Shown here: piece by piece, positions 25,602 to 32,000 of the stretch
Numbering within the stretch: the stretch's first letter is position 1
How the letters are laid out: the number at the start of each line of letters is the position of its first letter
Source: Inquilinus sp. CAU 1745
Lineage (GTDB): Bacteria; Pseudomonadota; Alphaproteobacteria; DSM-16000; Inquilinaceae
Assembly (NCBI RefSeq): GCF_039839375.1
Contig: NZ_JBDOQU010000013.1
Location: forward strand, 71,727 to 103,726
Length of the DNA: 32,000 bases
Direction of reading: 5' to 3'
The notes under the pieces: model-generated
Told to the model about the DNA's origin: nothing
The model's database searches: none
Seen by the model: only the letters and a program-made list of their open reading frames with translations
Translations under genes and position numbers: made by a program

Positions 25602-26450
25602 ATGGATTGGGATGATCTTCGTTATTTTTCCGCCGTTGCCCGCACCGGCGGGCTCAGCGGCGGCGCCCGCGCGCTCGGCGTCAGCGCTCAGACGGTCGGG
25701 CGGCGGATTGCGGCCCTGGAGGCGAGCATCGGCGCGCCGCTGTTCGTGCGCCATTCGGGCGGCTACCGGCTGACTGCCGATGGCCAGTCTATGCTCGGCG
25801 ACGCGGAGCGGGTCGAGGAAGCGATGGCGCGGCTACGCAGCAACGCGACGGCGCGCACCGTGGAGGCAGCCGGGACAGTGCGCCTCGCGGCACCGGAGAC
25901 GCTCGCCACGCACATCCTGCTGCCTGGCCTCCGCCTGCTCCTCGATCGTCATCCCGCGCTTAAACTGGAATTGGTGACCGGTATCGCCACCGTTGGTATA
26001 GCACGAGGCGAGGTCGACCTCGCGCTTCGGCTGGTTCGCCCCGAACAGGGTGCGCTGACCGTCCGCCAGGTGGGCCGGATGGCACACGGCCTGTATGCCG
26101 CGCCCGACGTCGCGGCCGACCTGGAACGTGCGCGGCTCGTCGGCTGGGCCGACGCTTTCGACCTGCCGGCAGCGCGGTGGCTTCTTCGGATCACCGCGCG
26201 CAAGCCAGACATCATCCTCAACACGCTCGCCGCCCAACACGCCGCGATCCGCGCCGGCCTGGGCATTGGCGTCCTGCCGTGTTTTCTCGGCGAGGGACTG
26301 GTCAGGGTCGAGACATCGCCGTCACCGGTTGAGTCTCTCTGGCTCGTCGCACACGCCACTGACGCGACGGCAGAGCGGGTGCGCCTCGTGTATGAGGAGA
26401 TCGCCGTCCTGATCGAGAAAAGCGCCGACAGGCTGGCTCCCATGTATTGA
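25602..26450 (+). CDS. LysR family transcriptional regulator
   Basis: MDWDDLRYFSAVARTGGLSGGARALGVSAQTVGRRIAALEASIGAPLFVR HTH plus a substrate-binding domain. It is divergent from the CMD operon. Confidence 0.88.
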   Translation: MDWDDLRYFSAVARTGGLSGGARALGVSAQTVGRRIAALEASIGAPLFVRHSGGYRLTADGQSMLGDAERVEEAMARLRSNATARTVEAAGTVRLAAPETLATHILLPGLRLLLDRHPALKLELVTGIATVGIARGEVDLALRLVRPEQGALTVRQVGRMAHGLYAAPDVAADLERARLVGWADAFDLPAARWLLRITARKPDIILNTLAAQHAAIRAGLGIGVLPCFLGEGLVRVETSPSPVESLWLVAHATDATAERVRLVYEEIAVLIEKSADRLAPMY

Positions 26451-26696
26451 GTGGACACGTGCACATGTCCGGAGTTGGCCGCAAGCGACCTAAAAACAGC
26501 GATGAAGGCTCAATGAGGAGCCCCTGAAAGGGCTGCTCGCTCATTCCGGCAGCGAACAACGGACTCTGCGCCCGAGATTTTCGGGACGTTCTTAAGAGTG
26601 TCGATTGAGCCACTGCCGCAACGGCGACGGCAACCAGAAGCTCAACGGGGCCCGCTCATCCAAGCGGGGCTAAACTTACGCAGAAATCAGAGAAAA

Positions 26697-26773
26697 TGGC
26701 GCACCCGACAGGATTCGAACCTGTGGCCTTCGCCTTCGGAGGGCGACGCTCTATCCAGCTGAGCTACGGGTGC
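26697..26773 (-). tRNA. tRNA-Arg (anticodon CCG), CCA encoded
   Basis: Hand-folded cloverleaf of 77 nt: acceptor GCACCCG/CGGGTGC, D arm GCTC-AGCTGGATA-GAGC, anticodon arm TCGCC-CTCCGAA-GGCGA, variable AGGCC, T arm ACAGG-TTCGAAT-CCTGT, discriminator G, CCA. Confidence 0.93.
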
Positions 26774-26896
26774 ATCTGCTTACGCTGTGCTTACGCGGGA
26801 TTTCCGCGAGAGTGAAGGGCCGGATTGCCTTCGCGTAAGATGTTGTTTCCTATGCCTGTTTATTCCTTAAGACGTACGCTGACCACCTTGACACGA

Positions 26897-26938
<42 letters not shown>

Positions 26939-27033
26939 TTGCCTTGCCTCCAGCCTGGCCGGCGAGGCGGGCGGGACATTAGCGCAAAGCCCTGCCGATG
27001 CAAACCCGGATTCACCGAATCGGTCTGTAATCG

Positions 27034-28425
27034 CTATTGTCGAGAGGCCTCCGAGTATGCGCTGACGAAGTTCCGATAGGCTTCGTCATGTTGAAGAGAG
27101 TCGCAAGCGTTCCTGATCGCCGTGTCGAGCTCCGGACGCCGCCAAACCTCCACCCGAGATTTCGACCGAATGAAATCGTGGAGTCCCGAGGCCTGAAGAA
27201 AAGCCGCGTCCACGCATGCGTCCATGCCGGCGGGATCCGGCCCCTTCAATTGAGCCAATCCGGCGAGGCATGATTTATCGACAGCAACGTCGGGTAGGCC
27301 GCCGAAGCAACTTCTGGATGCGTTGTCGACCCTGCGTTTTACGTCGGTATCATCATCAATTTCAGCGACATTCACGGAAGTTTCGACTCCTTTGCCAACC
27401 TCCATGATCCGCTCGTAAGTCTCGATGAACGCATCCACCACTTTTTCCCTGCTGAAGAACGCCCTATAGGTATTTCGGCCGTTCTCCATCAGCTTTCGCC
27501 GGACGCCGTCATCCGTCGCCGCGATGCCAATCTGGCGCGTGAGGCCGTCAACATCGTCAATATCGCACAGGAGGCCGTCATGCTCATGGGTGACATATTG
27601 GCGGGCTCCTGCCGCCCTCGTGGCGACCAGCGGAACACCGCTGGCCCATGCCTCTGCAATCACGGTGCCGAAGGGTTCGTATCTGGACGGCAGCACACAG
27701 ATATCGGCCGCCTTCAACAATGCGGCGCGATCGGTGCGCCAGCCGAGAAATCTGACCCTGTCACCCAGGTTAAGCCGCCTCGCCAGATCCTTGTATTTTT
27801 CGATTTCCGGCCCGTCCCCGGCGAGCCAGAAATAAACGTCCTTCAACCGCGAGGCAGCATGAAGCAGCGTATCGACGCCCTTCTTTTTATGCATCCTGGA
27901 GAGCAGCAACGCCACCGGCGCCTGTTCCGGCGTTGAAAGCGTCCGTCGATCAACCGGGGGGTTGTCCTCCAGAGTGCCGAAAGTATGCAGAAGGTAAGCG
28001 CGGTGAGGTTTGCTGCTTCGTTCGATAATGTGCCTCACGATATCTTTCGTAACGCCACCGAAATAGTCGCAATTACGATACCGCTTGAGGTCATAGTATC
28101 CTCCGAACCACCCAAGAACGGGCACCGGAATATTCTTCGGCACGAACGATGAAGCACGACTCATCCATGAATGGATGAGATCTGGTTTAAATTCTGAAAT
28201 CGCCTCCCCGATAACTTTTGATGCTTTGCCAAATTTTTCAAATTTATTATAATGTAAAATGTCGAATTTTATCGATCTATTTTCAAAAACTTCAATATAG
28301 TTTCTATGAGGCCTGCATATGACTCTCTGCTCTATACCAGCTTCGTGAAGGGCTTTTATAGCATCAAGGCAAAATGTTTCCGCTCCGCCAATTTCATTGC
28401 CCGCAACCATATGAATTATCTTCAT
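27034..28425 (-). CDS. Glycosyltransferase (GT-B fold, GT4-like) with ~110-aa unassigned C-terminal extension
   Basis: MKIIHMVAGNEIGGAE.., then the ...RYEPFGTVIAEAWASGVPLVATRAGG..HDGLL retaining-GT signature. The start is at the ATG at 28425 (the track start at 28458 is not an ATG). The 5' part of the gene is extremely AT-rich for this replicon. Confidence 0.85.
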   Translation of the reverse strand: MKIIHMVAGNEIGGAETFCLDAIKALHEAGIEQRVICRPHRNYIEVFENRSIKFDILHYNKFEKFGKASKVIGEAISEFKPDLIHSWMSRASSFVPKNIPVPVLGWFGGYYDLKRYRNCDYFGGVTKDIVRHIIERSSKPHRAYLLHTFGTLEDNPPVDRRTLSTPEQAPVALLLSRMHKKKGVDTLLHAASRLKDVYFWLAGDGPEIEKYKDLARRLNLGDRVRFLGWRTDRAALLKAADICVLPSRYEPFGTVIAEAWASGVPLVATRAAGARQYVTHEHDGLLCDIDDVDGLTRQIGIAATDDGVRRKLMENGRNTYRAFFSREKVVDAFIETYERIMEVGKGVETSVNVAEIDDDTDVKRRVDNASRSCFGGLPDVAVDKSCLAGLAQLKGPDPAGMDACVDAAFLQASGLHDFIRSKSRVEVWRRPELDTAIRNACDSLQHDEAYRNFVSAYSEASRQ

Positions 28426-28651
28426 AACCAAAATCTCTGTACAAAGGGCGGGCCTCACAACCGCGTCGTGTCAACAGACATTATCTGATGATTTGGTCGC
28501 GAATCGGCACGAGTCGGAAGAAAGTCGGTGAACCTACCGCGGCCCCGAGGATGGACAATTTCAGGAACGCTTGTCCACCTCATCCTTACCTTGCGGTCTG
28601 CCACCCCCGGTCATAGCTTCCTTCGCAAATCAATCATGGGAAATATGGATC

Positions 28652-29074
28652 ATGAAGGCGCGGGTGAAGTGGGTTGAGGGGATGACGTTTGTCGGGGAGT
28701 CCGGCAGCGGCCATGCGGTGGTGATGGACGGGTCCCCGGAATCCGGCGGGCGGGATCTGGGCGTCCGGCCGATGGAGATGCTGTTGCTGGGCATGGGCGG
28801 CTGCACCGCCTTCGATGTCGTGCTGATCCTGAAGCGCGGGCGGGAGCCGGTGGAGGATTGCGTGGTGGAGGTCGAGGCCGACCGCGCCGAAACCGACCCC
28901 AAGATCTTCACCGATATCCGCGTCCGCTACATCGTCTCCGGCCGGGGGCTGGATCGCGCCAAGGTCGATCGCGCGGTCGCGCTGTCGGCGGAGAAATACT
29001 GCTCCGCCTCCGTCATGCTGGGCGCGATGGCGAAGATCACCCATGAGGTCGAGCTGGTGGATACCGCCGCCTGA
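28652..29074 (+). CDS. OsmC family peroxiredoxin-like protein
   Basis: MKARVKWVEGMTFVGESGSGH..GVRPMEMLLLGMGGCTAFDVV..LSAEKYCSASVML, showing the two conserved Cys of OsmC/Ohr. The ATG at 28652 is preferred over the track start at 28571. Confidence 0.85.
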   Translation: MKARVKWVEGMTFVGESGSGHAVVMDGSPESGGRDLGVRPMEMLLLGMGGCTAFDVVLILKRGREPVEDCVVEVEADRAETDPKIFTDIRVRYIVSGRGLDRAKVDRAVALSAEKYCSASVMLGAMAKITHEVELVDTAA

Positions 29075-29083
29075 GAAAGCCGG

Positions 29084-30130
29084 TCAGGAGCCGGGCCGGC
29101 CGGCCACCCTCTCATTGGCCAGCCATTGCGCCGCGGCCTGGTCGGCGACGGACGGCAACGGCGCGCGGCGGTCCTCGATCCAGGCCAGGATGTCCTCCTG
29201 GGGAATCCGCCGCTCCAGATCGCGCAGCAGCATGTGATAGCCGTTCCCGTAGAAGGCGATCGTGCGGTCCGGATCGGGCGGCAGCGCCGCCAGCGTTTCC
29301 CGCACCTGGACGATGGGCAGAACCTCCTCCTTACGGCCGTAGAGGAAGAGGGTGGGCCCTTCGACTCCGTCGACCGACCGGTAGCCGAGGCTCATTAGGT
29401 CGACCAGCCCGTCCAGCGTGTCGATCCGGTTGGCCTTCAGCACCAGCGGGTCCGTCGAAAGGCCGATCAGCATCTCGATATTGTCGGACGGCACGATGTC
29501 CAGCCCTTCGCCCGTCACCGTCAGGCCCGGCGCCAGCGCCACGGCAACATCCAGCGACCAGCGCTGGTAGAAGGGCATGACCTCCCGCCCCCAGATGGCC
29601 GGCGCGACCAGGATGGTCCCATCGACCTCCGGCGGGTCCGGCGACGCCATCAGCGCGATGGCGATGGCCCCTCCCATACTTTCCCCCAGCAGGTAGAAGG
29701 GCAGATCCGGATGGCGCGCGCGAAGCAGCGCCGCCGCCATGCGGGCGTCCCGGATCAGCGTTTCCGATCCCGCCCAGATCCCGGCGCCGGCGGCTCTGCC
29801 GAAGCCGCGCTGGTCGTAGGCGTAGGTCAGGATGCCGTTTCCCGCCCACCATGTCGCCGGCATATCGAAGGAATGGGCATAATCGTTGAAGCCGTGCAGC
29901 GCCAGGATGACGGCCCGGGGCTCGCCTTCCGGACGCCACACGGTCAGCGGCAGGCGATAACCGTCCGCGGCGACCAGCGCCTCCTCCCCGATGCGGGGGG
30001 CGACGGTCGCCGGGCCCATCGGCTGGGAGAGGCTGGCGCAGCCGCCGAGGAGAAGCAGCAGCGCCAGGCCCAGCAGCGCCAGGCCCGGTAGCGGCAAAAG
30101 CCCGGCCGCCCGCCTAATCGTCGCCGCCAT
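29084..30130 (-). CDS. Alpha/beta hydrolase (lysophospholipase/monoacylglycerol-lipase-like), probable lipoprotein
   Basis: Signal peptide with LLLGGC, HGFNDY, nucleophile elbow GESMGG. The start is at the ATG at 30130 (MAATIRRAAG), overlapping the upstream ABC gene by 17 nt; the track start at 30202 is rejected. Confidence 0.8.
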   Translation of the reverse strand: MAATIRRAAGLLPLPGLALLGLALLLLLGGCASLSQPMGPATVAPRIGEEALVAADGYRLPLTVWRPEGEPRAVILALHGFNDYAHSFDMPATWWAGNGILTYAYDQRGFGRAAGAGIWAGSETLIRDARMAAALLRARHPDLPFYLLGESMGGAIAIALMASPDPPEVDGTILVAPAIWGREVMPFYQRWSLDVAVALAPGLTVTGEGLDIVPSDNIEMLIGLSTDPLVLKANRIDTLDGLVDLMSLGYRSVDGVEGPTLFLYGRKEEVLPIVQVRETLAALPPDPDRTIAFYGNGYHMLLRDLERRIPQEDILAWIEDRRAPLPSVADQAAAQWLANERVAGRPGS

Positions 30131-31100
30131 CGCGGGTGAGCTGCAGGAAGATGTCCTCCAGATCGGTCTCCTCCGTCGAGAGGTCGGTGATCCTAAGCCC
30201 ACAATCGTTCATCACGTTCAGCACGTCGCCCAGCCGCGTCTCGCTCGGCCTGTAACGAACCACCAGCCTGTGGGGATGCGGCAGGTCGACCTGGAACTGC
30301 CCCATCGGTTCCGGAATCCCATCCAGCGGATCGGTCAGTTCCACGATCAGCGTCTTGCTGTCCAGCCGGCCCAGCAGGTTCCGCGTCGTGTCGCAGGCCA
30401 CCACCGCGCCATGATTGATGATCGCGATGCGATCGCACAACTCCTCCGCCTCCTCAAGGTAATGTGTGGTCAGGAGGACTGTCGTGCCGGCGGCGTTCAG
30501 CGCGCGGACGTGGGCCCAGAGCTGCTGGCGCAGCTCCACGTCGACGCCGGCCGTCGGCTCGTCCAGCACCAGCACGGGCGGGGAATGCACCATCGCCTTG
30601 GCGACCATCAGCCGCCGGCGCATGCCGCCGGAGAGGGAGCGCGCATAGGCCTCCTTCTTGTCCAGCAGGCCGACCGCGTCCAGAAGCTGTTCGGTGATCC
30701 GCTCTCCCTTCGGCACGCCATAAAGCCCGGCCTGGAGGTCCAGCAGCTCCGCCGGCGTGAAGAAGGGATCGATGTTCAGCTCCTGCGGCACGACGCCGAT
30801 GGCCGAGCGCGCCTGCCGGGTCTGCCGATCGATATCGTAGCCCCAGATGGCGGCCTTCCCGCCGGACTTGTTCACCAGCCCGGCCAGGATGTTGATCAGG
30901 GTCGACTTGCCCGCCCCGTTCGGGCCCAGGAGCCCGAACAGCGAGCCGCGCGGGATCTCCAGGTCGATGCCCTTCAGCGCACGCTTGGCTAAGCCCTTGC
31001 CACTGGGCTTGTAGATCTTCTCAAGCCCCCGAACCTCCACGGCATTGGCGGGAAGGCTGTCGGGCGAGGGGGATCGTTCCGCGGCTGGGAGGGCGGCCAT
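30114..31100 (-). CDS. ABC transporter ATP-binding protein (ABC-2/NatA-like, with C-terminal accessory domain)
   Basis: Walker A GPNGAGKST, Q-loop, signature LSGGMRRR, Walker B LVLDEPTAGVD, H-loop TTHYLEEAE. Confidence 0.9.
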   Translation of the reverse strand: MAALPAAERSPSPDSLPANAVEVRGLEKIYKPSGKGLAKRALKGIDLEIPRGSLFGLLGPNGAGKSTLINILAGLVNKSGGKAAIWGYDIDRQTRQARSAIGVVPQELNIDPFFTPAELLDLQAGLYGVPKGERITEQLLDAVGLLDKKEAYARSLSGGMRRRLMVAKAMVHSPPVLVLDEPTAGVDVELRQQLWAHVRALNAAGTTVLLTTHYLEEAEELCDRIAIINHGAVVACDTTRNLLGRLDSKTLIVELTDPLDGIPEPMGQFQVDLPHPHRLVVRYRPSETRLGDVLNVMNDCGLRITDLSTEETDLEDIFLQLTRDGGDD

Positions 31101-31209
31101 GACGGGTATCCGCTGCTACGTAAGGCCGCTGGCGCGACCAATCGGTTGATTGCTGGACCGCCATGGGTATCATCCGGCGGTTCCAGCGGTCAATCGGAGG
31201 GCCGGCCCC

Positions 31210-31443
31210 ATGGCTCTCCCGTTCAGCATGAAGGCGACAGTGGCGATGAAGCCCGCAACCTCCCCCATCCCGGCGGAAATGATCGAAATCGACGACGACA
31301 CCGAAACCGTCGGCTGCGACGGCGGGGGCGGCGCGTTGGGCCATCCCATGGTCTATTATAATTTCGGGACCCTCACCCAACTCGATTGCGGCTATTGCGG
31401 CCGCCGGTTCGTCAAGCGCGGGGCGGGAACCGCCGCCCATTGA
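31210..31443 (+). CDS. Zinc-finger (zf-CHCC type) domain protein
   Basis: VGCDGGGGALGHPMVYYNFG....CGYCGRRFV is the CHCC pattern. The ATG at 31210 has GGAGGG ~9 nt upstream. The TTG at 31150 and the ATG at 31228 are alternative starts. Confidence 0.7.
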   Translation: MALPFSMKATVAMKPATSPIPAEMIEIDDDTETVGCDGGGGALGHPMVYYNFGTLTQLDCGYCGRRFVKRGAGTAAH

Positions 31444-31469
31444 GGCCTGAAGCCTGAAAGGGCGAAAGC

Positions 31470-31491
31470 CCCGGCGGCGGCCGGGTTTTTT
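31470..31491 (+). terminator. Rho-independent terminator downstream of the zf-CHCC gene
   Basis: CCCGGC-GGCG-GCCGGG (6-bp GC stem, 4-nt loop) followed by TTTTTT. Confidence 0.7.
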
Positions 31492-31610
31492 GTCCGGGAA
31501 GAGCTACCGCCGGTGGTCGCGCGGACGGCGGTACGCGCGGAAAGTGTCGCGTCGGGCGTCAAGTGACGCTATCATTGCCCCTTCGGAACGAGCTGGGGGG
31601 CGCGGGGCCG

Positions 31611-32000
31611 ATGATTGCTGCGATCAGATCCCTTCTGGATCCGGGCGACTGGCTGGGAATGAAACCGGCGCTCGATCCGTCGGCGACGGTGCTGTCCCTG
31701 GACCACAAGCCGGCGGAGGGCCTGTGGAAGCTGCGCATGATGGTCGGCGGCGCGGTCCTGGCGATCGCCGCCATCGTCATCTACTTGTCCCCGGGCGGAA
31801 TAGTCACCCTTGCAGCCGGCGGGTTCGGCCTGTTCGCCCTGCTGAATCTGGTTCGCGGCCTGGCCGAGAGCAGGTTCGAGAAATCCCTCCTCATCACCGA
31901 CAACATGGTGATCGTGAAGAGCCGGACCTTCCTGGGTCGCAATGACTGGCAGGAGCCGATCGCCAACTATCGCGGCGTGCTGCTGCGGGAGCGGCAGGTG
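31611..32000 (+). CDS. Hypothetical membrane protein, 3' end beyond window
   Basis: Not in the ORF track because it has no stop in the window. The ATG at 31611 opens 130 codons to the window end: MIAAIRSLLDPGDWLGMKPALDPSATVLSLDHKPAEGLWKLRMMVGGAVLAIAAIVIYLSPGGIVTLAAGGFGLFALLNLVRGL... It has two hydrophobic helices and strong GC3 bias. The listed ORF 31490..31945 is in another frame and Arg-rich (a shadow). Confidence 0.6.
   Translation, partial: MIAAIRSLLDPGDWLGMKPALDPSATVLSLDHKPAEGLWKLRMMVGGAVLAIAAIVIYLSPGGIVTLAAGGFGLFALLNLVRGLAESRFEKSLLITDNMVIVKSRTFLGRNDWQEPIANYRGVLLRERQV

Noticed and set aside
26651-26668. A 6-bp stem hairpin (CCCGCT..AGCGGG) 28 nt downstream of the tRNA 3' end, considered as a tRNA terminator or att arm.
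   Set aside because: It has no U-tract on the tRNA strand and no second copy in the window. A short GC hairpin is expected by chance in this composition.

Overview
High-GC DNA (roughly 65-70% by eye) that looks alphaproteobacterial. It falls into three blocks. (i) 1-10.6 kb is a mosaic of regulator and detoxification-type genes. These are an EamA/DMT transporter with a divergent AraC regulator, soxR with a textbook SoxR-box promoter facing an atypical MBL-fold gene, and exonuclease III translationally coupled to a DUF1810 gene. They are followed by a canonical MBL hydrolase, a Zn-dependent ADH, a 5'-truncated MFS remnant, DJ-1/PfpI with GlxA, and a lower-GC arginase-family gene. (ii) 10.8-23.0 kb is an intact, tightly coupled P-type (Trb) conjugative T4SS module: traG-copG-trbBCDEJ-(trbK-alt)-trbLFGI-DUF2274. 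It is followed by a cargo-like operon (CMD / NTF2::alpha-beta-hydrolase / LysR) and a divergent second LysR. (iii) tRNA-Arg(CCG) lies at 26697-26773 with its 3' end pointing into the conjugative block. A 42-nt 5'-half tRNA-Arg remnant sits 123 bp upstream of it, followed by a strongly AT-shifted glycosyltransferase gene. Ordinary-looking chromosomal genes come next: OsmC, a lipoprotein alpha/beta hydrolase, an ABC-2-type ATPase, a zf-CHCC protein and a membrane protein running off the end. I found no integrase, relaxase, recognisable oriT, CRISPR array, IS element or known defence system in the window. I do not see a clear-cut, wholly novel multi-gene system. The most unusual points are reported as separate findings. 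All family assignments come from motif recognition by eye; no database search or computation was run.
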